IMG/VR virus record: IMGVR_UViG_3300021963_000022
DNA from: a virus
Taxonomy: Duplodnaviria > Caudoviricetes
Strand: one strand, 5' to 3'
Length of the DNA: 64,000 bases
Made by a program: the position numbers and the translations under genes
Notes under the pieces: model-generated
Database searches by the model: none
What the model saw: the letters and a program-made list of their open reading frames with translations, nothing else
Told to the model about the DNA's origin: nothing
Part shown: positions 8,766-17,699 of the stretch, in pieces
How the letters are laid out: every line of letters begins with the position of its first letter
How positions within the stretch are numbered: the first letter of the stretch is position 1

Positions 8766-9563
8766 ATGACCCAAGAAATCATTGACATAGGCGAATTAGC
8801 TAATGACGGTACAGGTGACCCGTTACGTGTTGCCTTCGACAAAATCAATAACAACTTTACTCAATTATATAATACTGCTTCAGTAGATGGACCCAACGGT
8901 TCAGTACAATTTGCATTAGCAAATACAGTAGGAAATGTCACTACCTATTCTTTATCATCAAGTGCTAATTTGGTATTTAATTCTAGTACTAATCGACTTG
9001 ATATTAAAGGAACAATTGTTCCTTTAGTCCCAAACAATTTAAATATTGGTTCTACTGCTAATACAGTAGGCAACTTATACCTGAGTAATACAGGGTTAAA
9101 GTTAGGAAATGTATCATTTTCTGAATCTGCCAATACAGTAAGAATATTCAACACAAATGCTAATATTGATGCTAATATACAAGTTAATACAATAACCGCA
9201 TCTACTGTAGATGTAGCACAGATTGTTATTGCTAACACGCAATTTGATGGTAGTATTGCGACCAGTGAAGGGTCAGATCCCAATCAAGTGATATATCAGC
9301 TCCCTGAAACAAGTATACTTTCTGGTAAATTTGATATTAAATCAGTATCAGATACTTCTGCTAATAATCAATCAGTAACAATAACGATTAATAAATCTAC
9401 TTCGGGTGGAAGTGTTAAATATGTTGTATATGGAACAACATTTAACGGTGACCCTGTAACTAGATATGATGTAGATGTGGCATTCGGTAATGTTCGTATC
9501 AAAGTTAACCCATTGGTTAATGATCTTATTACGCATACTATATCTTATCAAGTAACAAACTAA
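8766..9563 (+). CDS. baseplate/fibre-like structural protein with T4 gp9/gp10-type N-terminus
   Basis: IDIGELANDGTGDPLRVAFDKINNNF motif; Asn/Thr-rich beta-type body. Confidence 0.7.
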   Translation: MTQEIIDIGELANDGTGDPLRVAFDKINNNFTQLYNTASVDGPNGSVQFALANTVGNVTTYSLSSSANLVFNSSTNRLDIKGTIVPLVPNNLNIGSTANTVGNLYLSNTGLKLGNVSFSESANTVRIFNTNANIDANIQVNTITASTVDVAQIVIANTQFDGSIATSEGSDPNQVIYQLPETSILSGKFDIKSVSDTSANNQSVTITINKSTSGGSVKYVVYGTTFNGDPVTRYDVDVAFGNVRIKVNPLVNDLITHTISYQVTN

Positions 9564-9564
9564 C

Positions 9565-9948
9565 ATGAGAGCTAAAGAATTTATTAACGAGGGTCGTACT
9601 GGCTCTATACAGGATGATGTAGCTAGAGCACTGCCCTCCACATATGCCATTCCTGAGTTAAAAGGTCAAGATCCATATATTCAATATAGATTTGGTGTAG
9701 CAATTGCAGGCGCTAAAGGTTCTAAGAAACGTGCGGAAGACGGTGTACCTAATTTTAGCAAAGAAAGTGCTTGGGGACAAAATCAAATTGTTGTAAGTTT
9801 TGACCCTTCTATTGATGAATGGTTGACCGATGCATTAAAAATCATGGGCATCAAAGGTAAGAAAAGATTAAGTACCATACACAGCGAAGAAGCTGATGAT
9901 GTGTCTACAAAAAGCCCTGTACAGGGGTTTAAAGGGTTTAAAAAATGA
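9565..9948 (+). CDS. putative internal head protein (CTS-like N-terminus), tandem copy A
   Basis: Starts MRAKEFINE, ends SPVQGFKGFKK. Confidence 0.7.
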   Translation: MRAKEFINEGRTGSIQDDVARALPSTYAIPELKGQDPYIQYRFGVAIAGAKGSKKRAEDGVPNFSKESAWGQNQIVVSFDPSIDEWLTDALKIMGIKGKKRLSTIHSEEADDVSTKSPVQGFKGFKK

Positions 9949-10313
9949 GGGCTTCCGAATTTATATTCGAAAATAGTAAGGGTAAAATATCTAAACGTCA
10001 ACAAGAGTCTTCACGTGGACTAAACATATTTGCCGATAATCAATTTGATAGAACATATGATTTGAATCGTGTAATGATGGCAGTTGCCTGTAGTGATGGC
10101 ATCAATCCTATTGATATGAACTCTGAAAGCTGGTTTGGTAAAAATAATACAGCACATCCTTATACCAAAGAAGAACAAGATATGCTAAAATTAGCATACA
10201 AAGCTGCCGGTATAACTTATAAAGATTTAAATAAGGCTGATCTAAGAAGTAAAGAACTAGACAGTACATACAAAACAAGCCCAATAATTGGGTTTAAAGG
10301 CTTTAAAAAATAA
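9945..10313 (+). CDS. putative internal head protein (CTS-like N-terminus), tandem copy B
   Basis: Starts MRASEFIFE, ends SPIIGFKGFKK. Confidence 0.7.
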   Translation: MRASEFIFENSKGKISKRQQESSRGLNIFADNQFDRTYDLNRVMMAVACSDGINPIDMNSESWFGKNNTAHPYTKEEQDMLKLAYKAAGITYKDLNKADLRSKELDSTYKTSPIIGFKGFKK

Positions 10314-10364
10314 TTCTATCATCAATATCTTGTATAAGTAGATTTATAACTTTTCAGGATATGC

Positions 10365-11057
10365 ATGATCGATATTAACAACACCCTAGACCTCGTCAAA
10401 CTTAAATTCTATAATGAATGGCTATATACAGCACACATTTATGATGAGGGTGAATCTACGTTCCATAAACAACTAACAACTAAAGTTGTAATCGATTATA
10501 TAGATCCAATTAAATTAAAAAAAGATGCACTTATTTTAGACTTAGGTTGTGGTCCGGGTTATTTCTTAGATGAAATGAAAGAAAGAGGGTACACTAACTT
10601 AGTCGGTGTAACTCTTAGTCCAAATGACATTGACCTATGTAAGAGTAAAGGGCATAAAGTTAAAGAATACGATTTAAGCTTCTTACCACAGAAAGAAGGG
10701 TATTATGACGAATCGGTTGATTTTATCTTTTTGCGACATGCATTAGAACATAGTCCATATCCTATCTTTAGTTTAATGGAATATAATCGTATATTAAAAC
10801 AAGGTAGTAAGATTTATATTGAAGTGCCCGCCCCTGATCAGGAACGTAAGCATGAATATAACTTAAATCATTATAGTATTTTAGGTACTGCACAGCTAGC
10901 GGCATTACTTGAAAGAACTGGATTTACTATTGATACGTTTAATACAATGGATTTTACGTTAAATGTTGGTAAAAACGATGAAGATAAAGATATTGAAATT
11001 TCAGAAAGATATTTCTGTATTGTAGCTACAAAGCAACGTCCGCTGGATATTAAGTAA
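10365..11057 (+). CDS. class I SAM-dependent methyltransferase (substrate unknown)
   Basis: Motif I ILDLGCGPG, DFIFLRHALEH, RILKQG..YIEVP; no DNA-MTase DPPY/NPPY or PC motif seen. Confidence 0.85.
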   Translation: MIDINNTLDLVKLKFYNEWLYTAHIYDEGESTFHKQLTTKVVIDYIDPIKLKKDALILDLGCGPGYFLDEMKERGYTNLVGVTLSPNDIDLCKSKGHKVKEYDLSFLPQKEGYYDESVDFIFLRHALEHSPYPIFSLMEYNRILKQGSKIYIEVPAPDQERKHEYNLNHYSILGTAQLAALLERTGFTIDTFNTMDFTLNVGKNDEDKDIEISERYFCIVATKQRPLDIK

Positions 11058-11075
11058 AATTCTACTAAATATATC

Positions 11076-11354
11076 ATGACCTTTGATATATGGAAACAAT
11101 CTAAAATACAAAATGGTCTTGAAAATATCAAGACCGTTTCCTTACCCGCTGTTGCCTCTGACAATATTGATGAGATGAAACGTTTAGCAGGGATACCCTC
11201 TACTCAATCCGATGTAGGAATGAACATGAGTGTAACTGGCACCCAAAAGGGCGAATTAATGAAGAAGAATAACATTCAGCCGGGAACACCTGAATGGTTC
11301 AAGTTATGGTTTAGTTTACCATATATGACTGGCGAAAAGCCTATAGGAAAATAA
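11076..11354 (+). CDS. late hypothetical protein
   Basis: TAAATA at 11066-11071, 4 nt before ATG; contains MKRLAGI and PGTPEWFKLWF. Confidence 0.75.
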   Translation: MTFDIWKQSKIQNGLENIKTVSLPAVASDNIDEMKRLAGIPSTQSDVGMNMSVTGTQKGELMKKNNIQPGTPEWFKLWFSLPYMTGEKPIGK

Positions 11355-11355
11355 C

Positions 11356-11784
11356 ATGGCCACTATAAACATAACGGTACAGAGTTTGCTCAATGCCGCA
11401 CAATATGATAGTTATGCAGTAGATAATGCAGGAACTATCGGTGAACTTAAAAATTCTATTGATGCTACTACAGGTTGCTTAATAGGTTGGTTTGATTTAG
11501 TATTCAATAATGAAGTATTAGATACCGCACAAACAATCAGTTCTTACGGTATAGTAGAAGGTTCAAGATTAAGAACTCATAATAAAATTTCACGATTATC
11601 TACACTACAAGATAGACAAGTTGCAAAACTTAGTTTGGCACAATTAGAAAGACTAGACCTTTCAAATACTAGACCATACTATAATATAGATGAACTGCCT
11701 ACCAAATATAGTGGTAACAGTGTTGTAGATAATTCTCATCCTACTGGATTGATTGAAGGTCGTCCGTGGAATAGCACTCCATAG
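11356..11784 (+). CDS. ubiquitin-like (beta-grasp) domain fused to a ~65-aa C-terminal domain
   Basis: Residues ~4-73 align by hand to ubiquitin with one small gap ([90 protein letters not shown]). No C-terminal GG. Confidence 0.75.
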   Translation: [142 protein letters not shown]

Positions 11785-11810
11785 TAAATTCTATATCGTA
11801 ACCAAAATTT

Positions 11811-11818
11811 TATAAATA
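11811..11818 (+). promoter_or_regulatory. T4-type late promoter TATAAATA (representative of a window-wide family)
   Basis: Exact T4 late consensus, 6 nt before the terL ATG. Related (A)TAAATA boxes precede genes at 7278, 8738, 11066, 13379, 16309, 30035, 33245, 35917, 36400, 37355, 39203, 42379, 44786, 49942, 52454, 56121, 57965, 58783, 59304 and 62713 (+), and at 8722, 29998, 47143 and 52398 (-). Confidence 0.8.
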
Positions 11819-11824
11819 CGCAAT

Positions 11825-13372
11825 ATGAGCGGAACCCCTACCTTAATCAAAACACCTTATACAAAGACAAAGTTTAATTCTGATAAAGAGCTAGAAGATT
11901 TTGTTAAATGTTGTGATCCTGAAATGGGTTATCTATACTTTATGGATAACTTTTTTTACATACAACATCCTACAAAAGGTTCTATGCTGTATCACCCCTG
12001 GGATTATCAAAAACGGTTAATACATACATATCATACCTATCGCTATTCAATTAGCTTGATGCCACGACAAACAGGTAAGTCAACATCAGCCGCAGGGTAT
12101 CTACTTTGGTATGCTATGTTTGTACCGGATAGTACTATTCTTATTGCGGCACACAAATACACAGGTGCACAAGAGATTATGCAACGTATTCGTTATGCGT
12201 ATGAGAACTGTCCCGATCACATTAAAGCAGGTGTAACAACATACAACAAAGGCTCACTAGACTTTGAGAACGGATCACGTATTGTTAGTGCTACAACTAC
12301 AGAAAATACAGGTCGCGGTATGTCTATTACACTATTATACTTGGATGAGTTTGCGTTTGTTCGACCTACAATTGCTACAGAATTCTGGACATCTATTACT
12401 CCTACATTAGCAACAGGTGGTAAAGCGATTATCACTAGTACTCCTAATAGTGATGAGGATCAATTTGCTTTGATTTGGAAGGGTGCTAATAAAACAGAAG
12501 ATGAGTTTGGTGATACCACCGAGCTCGGTGTTAACGGTTTTAAATCATACAGAGCATTCTGGCAAGAGCATCCTGATCGTAATCAAGAATGGGCTGACCA
12601 GATGAAGGCCCAGTTAGGTGAAGACAGATTTAGACGAGAGATTGGTTGCGAGTTCATTATTGCAGATGAGACATTAATTGCCCCTACTAGGTTAATTGAT
12701 TTAGATGGTATCGAACCTGTATTCCGTCAGGGACAGATACGTTGGTATAAGAAACCTGAAAAGGGGAATATCTATATAGTTGCACTAGATCCTGCTGTCG
12801 GTACAGGTGGTGACAATGCCGCAATACAGATTTATGAAGCAAATACTACGACACAAATCGGTGAATGGAAACATAATAGAACAGATATACCGTCACAAAT
12901 TAAACTGATAGCACAGATTAACAAATACATTGTTGAATGTACTACTCAACCAGACAATTTATACTATAGTGTAGAAGTCAACGGAGTAGGCGAGGCCGCC
13001 CTAGTATCATTGAACGAATATGGTCTAGCTAACATACCTGGATCTTTCTTAAGCGAGCCGGGCAAAAAGAAACGAGGGTTCAATACAACTAATAAGAGTA
13101 AACTAGCAGCCTGTTCTAAGTTTAAAACATTAGTTGAGAGTAATAAGTTGACTATTAACAGTCGTAGTTTGGTAACAGAACTTAAAAGTTTTGTAGCCTC
13201 AGGTGGTAGTTATGCCGCAAAAATAGGTGAATCAGACGATTTGGTAACGTCTTCATTGTTAGTTGTGCGTATGTTACAGAACTTAAGTGAATATAACTAT
13301 GATTTAGATAACTATATTCGTGACCATGATGAAGTAATTATGCCCTTACCTTTCTATGCCATAATGGGATAA
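11825..13372 (+). CDS. terL: terminase large subunit (T4 gp17-like)
   Basis: LMPRQTGKS Walker A, LLYLDEFAF Walker B, FRREIGCEF, nuclease ALDPAVGTGGD and DDLV; no intein. Confidence 0.95.
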   Translation: MSGTPTLIKTPYTKTKFNSDKELEDFVKCCDPEMGYLYFMDNFFYIQHPTKGSMLYHPWDYQKRLIHTYHTYRYSISLMPRQTGKSTSAAGYLLWYAMFVPDSTILIAAHKYTGAQEIMQRIRYAYENCPDHIKAGVTTYNKGSLDFENGSRIVSATTTENTGRGMSITLLYLDEFAFVRPTIATEFWTSITPTLATGGKAIITSTPNSDEDQFALIWKGANKTEDEFGDTTELGVNGFKSYRAFWQEHPDRNQEWADQMKAQLGEDRFRREIGCEFIIADETLIAPTRLIDLDGIEPVFRQGQIRWYKKPEKGNIYIVALDPAVGTGGDNAAIQIYEANTTTQIGEWKHNRTDIPSQIKLIAQINKYIVECTTQPDNLYYSVEVNGVGEAALVSLNEYGLANIPGSFLSEPGKKKRGFNTTNKSKLAACSKFKTLVESNKLTINSRSLVTELKSFVASGGSYAAKIGESDDLVTSSLLVVRMLQNLSEYNYDLDNYIRDHDEVIMPLPFYAIMG

Positions 13373-13389
13373 TCTTTGATAAATACAAT

Positions 13390-14772
13390 ATGCCTAAAAA
13401 CGCCGACTCATTAAATTCAGAATTATTCGATTTTCTACAAAGCCGTGGGTTTAAACCTACGCTACTAGACACCTCAGGTAAAGAAATTCCTGTACCAGAA
13501 GAAGCAGAAGTCTTTCAATTTGACTTTGAAATTGATGGGGAAAACTACGGAACTGCCACTATCAGTATTGATGGACTGCATAAATTAGTAGTATACTTTG
13601 GTGAGGGAATCGCAAACAGCCCCAAAACTAGTAAGGATGATAGCGAATCATGGTATAGTTTATTGAGACAGTTTAAGTATTTTTCTCAAAAGCATCAACT
13701 AAGCTTTGAGACCAAGAACATTGATAGATTGAAGCACGATATGGCTAAAAGAGAACACACTAAACAGTTAGATGAGGGTTATTACCCAATGGGTAATAAA
13801 GCTAGTTACAGCGACAATATCCCTACAACTAAGATGATTATTAAACATAAAAGAAAGATGGAAGAGGGTGAACAACGTTTCCGTCAAATCGATAGAATAT
13901 TCATTGAAAATGCAATTGGTGAACGTGTATTAGCTCCTAGTAATAAGCCTGGATTAGCTAGGACATTTGCAAGACATATCGCTGAAGGTGGTAGACCATA
14001 TGATGAAAGATGGAATCACCTTATGGAATTATGTGAAGAATATGATAAGATGGCAGGATTTGTTCGTGCCACTCGCAACAACCAATTTAATGAAGCCGCA
14101 CAACCTTTAGTCTCGGAGGGTGTCAATCATTATATGAAATTACGTGAGACATTACACAAGATGTCAGGACGTAAAGGATATTCTAACTACTTTGAATCTT
14201 GGACTCCTGCAGTAATGGAACAAGACCAAGAAGACGGACTAGACGAAATGTTTATGAATTCAAGTCTTGATCCTAGAATTGAATGTGCAATGCCTATATT
14301 GAATAGATTAAAGAAAAATCTTAGCTCTCCACCTATGTTGCCACAAGTACAAGAATTAGAAGAATGGGCTGATAGTGTAATCGATATGGATAAAGATGCT
14401 ATGCCTATGGACATGAAACCGGCCGAGCTCGGTGAAGAAGAAAAGATTGCAGGGCGACATGATCCAGCAGACTTTGACGATATGGTAAAACGTGTTGGTG
14501 TTAAAGCTAAAAAGAAGCCAGTTGATATGACTGACCTAGCACGTAGACTACATGCGGCAATGGCTAAAGACAAGAAAAAAGAAGAAAAAACTGATGAAAG
14601 TTTGGCAGGAGCAACAATGGGTGGCATTGCTGGAGCAGTATTAACTAAATCACCTTCTGGAGCAATGACCGGAGCTAGCATGGGAAGTGATATTGAAGAC
14701 GTTATCAAAAATGAAAGCCTAGAATTAATTGCTGACCCGCTATTAAGATTTAAGAAATTGTCAGGACTATAA
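13390..14772 (+). CDS. late, probably head-associated protein with C-terminal glycine zipper
   Basis: ATAAATA 4 nt upstream; modular acidic C-terminal half, glycine zipper at 14599-14685, ends FKKLSGL. Confidence 0.7.
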   Translation: MPKNADSLNSELFDFLQSRGFKPTLLDTSGKEIPVPEEAEVFQFDFEIDGENYGTATISIDGLHKLVVYFGEGIANSPKTSKDDSESWYSLLRQFKYFSQKHQLSFETKNIDRLKHDMAKREHTKQLDEGYYPMGNKASYSDNIPTTKMIIKHKRKMEEGEQRFRQIDRIFIENAIGERVLAPSNKPGLARTFARHIAEGGRPYDERWNHLMELCEEYDKMAGFVRATRNNQFNEAAQPLVSEGVNHYMKLRETLHKMSGRKGYSNYFESWTPAVMEQDQEDGLDEMFMNSSLDPRIECAMPILNRLKKNLSSPPMLPQVQELEEWADSVIDMDKDAMPMDMKPAELGEEEKIAGRHDPADFDDMVKRVGVKAKKKPVDMTDLARRLHAAMAKDKKKEEKTDESLAGATMGGIAGAVLTKSPSGAMTGASMGSDIEDVIKNESLELIADPLLRFKKLSGL

Positions 14773-14773
14773 A

Positions 14774-16285
14774 ATGAAAGAACTTCAACTATTAGAGTCT
14801 TGGGCAGATAGTATTATTGCTAATGAAGCAGTACAAGATCGTCCACTAACAAGAGATCAGGATATTCAATATCAGGCATCCAGAAAGTATTCCGATCGTA
14901 GTCCAGAGCAAGCATTACAAATGTATGTAGCTGATAAATTAGCTAGCTCTGAACAAATGGATTATGAACAGAACAAACTTATCAATGCACAGAAACGTGA
15001 AAATGAAAAGTTACGTAGAAGCTTACAAGATTTGGGTCAAGAACTAACTGACCATGAGCGTGTAGCACAAGATACTGAACAACAAGTTCAACGATTAAAA
15101 GATTTAAGTGCCAAATTACGTCCTGCAGGTGAAATACAACAGGCTACTACAAAAGCAAGTGCTGATAAAGTAGAAGCTATGTTAGCCGATGTAGAGAAAT
15201 TAAAAACATTACCTGGTATGGATGAAAAGAAATACAAAGAACTTGCTGATAAGGTTAACCAAATCAAACAAGGTGCAGGTGATGAAGAAGTGCAGAAAGT
15301 TCAATTGGCACTGGCTGTATTGTCACAGAAACAACAGGTTGATGACCAGATGTTTAACACCGTAATGGCTAGACTAGATGATACACAGACTAAACTGGAT
15401 GCTAAAGAATTACGTTTTAGAAAATATATTACCAAAAAGAGCGGAGATATTGAAGCTCAAACAAGAACACACGGTGATGAACTTAAAAAATATTCACAAA
15501 TAGTTAACAAATATAAAGAAGAACTTGATGGCTTCAGTGACTACATGAATACTACAAAAAAAGAAGTTGACAACTCTAAAAAAGAGGTAGAACAAGCTAA
15601 ACTAGAAGTAGGACAAGCTAAACTAGAAGTTGAAAAAACTAAACAAGAAGCAATTGCATTGACTAATGAACTTGAATTTAGATTCTCACCTGAAGTAAGA
15701 AAATCAACAACACGTACTAAGAAGAAACGTGTACCCTCAGTAGATGATATGTTTAAAGCATCATCTAAAGAAATTAACAAATTAAAACCTAATGCTAGTC
15801 CATCTGATGTAGCTGCTGCCACAAAAGCTGGAATAGCTAAACCTGCTAAAGCAGGACCTGATATATCTAAACTAGATACTGACTTTGAGAGACAACGTAG
15901 TTTTGGTATGCAAGCAAAAGATGACGAAAAAGAACCTAAAGACCCTACACAAATGAACGAAGATTTACGACAATATGATGATGCAGACTTCTTAGAATGG
16001 GCTATGGAAAACGTTCCAATTATCATTAGACATTTCTATAGTCGTTACCCAGAGTTAGAAGATACTATACCAAAAGAACAAGTACGTGATATGGTTGAAA
16101 AATACCTTCCTTACTTGTATCAATACGATGATGTGGATGTTGAATTGATGAACACCTTCTTAGATATTGTAAATAGTAAAATTAAAAAACAAGGTAAGAT
16201 CCCAGTTCAGAAAGACTTGTTTAGTTTGGAAGAACAGTTTGAACAACAATTGGACAAACTAATTGGGTTAGAATACATAAAATAA
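14774..16285 (+). CDS. long coiled-coil protein, probably head-associated
   Basis: Heptad-rich; N-terminal LLESWADSII echoes LEEWADSVI of the upstream gene; ends LDKLIGLEYIK. Confidence 0.7.
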   Translation: MKELQLLESWADSIIANEAVQDRPLTRDQDIQYQASRKYSDRSPEQALQMYVADKLASSEQMDYEQNKLINAQKRENEKLRRSLQDLGQELTDHERVAQDTEQQVQRLKDLSAKLRPAGEIQQATTKASADKVEAMLADVEKLKTLPGMDEKKYKELADKVNQIKQGAGDEEVQKVQLALAVLSQKQQVDDQMFNTVMARLDDTQTKLDAKELRFRKYITKKSGDIEAQTRTHGDELKKYSQIVNKYKEELDGFSDYMNTTKKEVDNSKKEVEQAKLEVGQAKLEVEKTKQEAIALTNELEFRFSPEVRKSTTRTKKKRVPSVDDMFKASSKEINKLKPNASPSDVAAATKAGIAKPAKAGPDISKLDTDFERQRSFGMQAKDDEKEPKDPTQMNEDLRQYDDADFLEWAMENVPIIIRHFYSRYPELEDTIPKEQVRDMVEKYLPYLYQYDDVDVELMNTFLDIVNSKIKKQGKIPVQKDLFSLEEQFEQQLDKLIGLEYIK

Positions 16286-16308
16286 ATTTATATTTTCCCT
16301 TAATCGGG

Positions 16309-16379
16309 ATAAATACTATTGACAGGAGAGTAAAGTACTGCTATACTTACTCTTGTGTTAGTCACTAATAGGTAGTGGC
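16309..16379 (+). promoter_or_regulatory. dual late + sigma70 promoter and hairpin leader of the SSB gene
   Basis: ATAAATA 16309-16315; TTGACA 16319-16324, 17 nt, TATACT 16342-16347; inverted repeat AGAGTAA/TTACTCT; hairpin GTCACTA-atagg-TAGTGGC at 16361-16379. Confidence 0.7.
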
Positions 16380-16423
16380 GAATATTAAACAGAGACCATC
16401 TCAATTTTATAAGGAAAAATATC

Positions 16424-17419
16424 ATGGCTTCATTAGCAGAAATTCGTGCCCGTATCTCGGCACAAGAAAACAAATCAAACAACAAGGGTTCTAACACCCA
16501 ATCTGACAACTCAGTATACGCACATTGGAATATGGATGAAGGCACAACTGCTACCATTCGTTTCTTACCTGATGGCAATACAAAGAACGATTTCTTCTGG
16601 GTTGAAAAGCAAATCATCAAACTCCCATTCAATGGTGTTAAGGGTGATCCTAATGTAAAACAAATTGTAGTACAAGTACCCTGCGTAGAGATGTATGGGG
16701 ACAGTTGTCCTGTCTTGGCAGAAGTTCGTCCTTGGTACAAAGACGAAAGTTTGAAAGAACTAGCAAACAAATATTGGAAGAAACGCAGTTATATCTTTCA
16801 AGGTTTTGTACGTCAGAACCCACTAGGTGATGACAAAACACCAGCGAATCCTATTCGCAGATTCATTATCAGTCCACAAATTATTCCAATTATTAAAGCT
16901 GGATTGATGGACCCAGAGATTGAAGAATTACCAACAGACTATTTGCGTGGTCTTGACTTTAACGTTAAGAAAACAAGCAAAGGTGGTTATGCTGATTATT
17001 CAACAAGCAATTGGGCACGTAAAGAATCAACACTAACAGAAGCAGAACAAGCGGCAATCGAAGCACATGGTTTATTTGATTTGTCTGAGTTCTTACCTAA
17101 GAAGCCAACAGCGGCTGAGTTAAACATTATCAAAGAAATGTTTGAAGCATCGGTTGATGGTCGTCCTTATGATAATGAACGTTGGGGCAATTACTATCGT
17201 CCATATGGACTTGAAGCACCTGCAGGGTCGACAGCGGATCAACATTCAGCTCCTACTGAAAATAGGGCACCCGCAACAGCACCAGTAGCAGAATCTTCAG
17301 CTCCTTGGGATGATGCACCAGTTACAACTTCTGCACCAATTGAAGTACCTAAGACAGCTCCGGCAAGTGACAAAGCACAAGACATTCTAGCAATGATTCG
17401 TGCCAGAAAAACTGCTTAA
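16424..17419 (+). CDS. ssb: single-stranded DNA-binding protein (T4 gp32-like)
   Basis: ATIRFLP, PCVEMYGDSCPV, YWKKRSYIFQGFV and DFNVKKTSKGGYADYSTS; low-complexity C-terminal tail. Confidence 0.9.
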   Translation: MASLAEIRARISAQENKSNNKGSNTQSDNSVYAHWNMDEGTTATIRFLPDGNTKNDFFWVEKQIIKLPFNGVKGDPNVKQIVVQVPCVEMYGDSCPVLAEVRPWYKDESLKELANKYWKKRSYIFQGFVRQNPLGDDKTPANPIRRFIISPQIIPIIKAGLMDPEIEELPTDYLRGLDFNVKKTSKGGYADYSTSNWARKESTLTEAEQAAIEAHGLFDLSEFLPKKPTAAELNIIKEMFEASVDGRPYDNERWGNYYRPYGLEAPAGSTADQHSAPTENRAPATAPVAESSAPWDDAPVTTSAPIEVPKTAPASDKAQDILAMIRARKTA

Positions 17420-17461
17420 AAGAAAATGGGGGAGTTACCTCCCTCATCTTAAGGAGAACAT

Positions 17462-17698
17462 ATGACATTACCAGATGAAAGATACCGTGCTTTAAAGCAA
17501 GGTAAAAAACTACTGGAAGAGTTATGCGATCCGGGCAAGACTCCTAGAGTACCAAGTATTGTAAGAGACCGTGCCCGTGCCGCACTAAGACACTTCCCGA
17601 ACGAACATGAGTTAGATAGAATTGCGGATCAATGCCCAGACTACCTTGACAAAATTTCGTTTAGTGATAAACTAATACATAGACAACTAGGAGATTAA
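17462..17698 (+). CDS. small protein resembling the BPSL0761 family
   Basis: MTLPDERYRA..TPRVP..VR..ARAALRHFP pattern; SD AAGGAG. Confidence 0.6.
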   Translation: MTLPDERYRALKQGKKLLEELCDPGKTPRVPSIVRDRARAALRHFPNEHELDRIADQCPDYLDKISFSDKLIHRQLGD

Positions 17699-17699
17699 A

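Noticed and set aside
11356-11784. Complete ubiquitin conjugation pathway in the window
   Set aside because: The Ubl lacks a terminal GG, and no E1 (ThiF), E2 (UBC) or JAB motif is seen in any ORF here.
16300-16770. 156-aa minus-strand ORF over the ssb promoter, and the other antisense/out-of-frame track ORFs (for example 175-486, 14187-14708, 39758-40351, 61329-61763)
   Set aside because: They are shadows of well-supported + strand genes, with no SD or promoter and no recognisable motifs.
17426-17447. Hairpin after ssb as a terminator
   Set aside because: The 9-bp stem (ATGGGGGAG/CTCCCTCAT) has no U-tract, and the next SD follows directly; at most a stabilising or processing stem.
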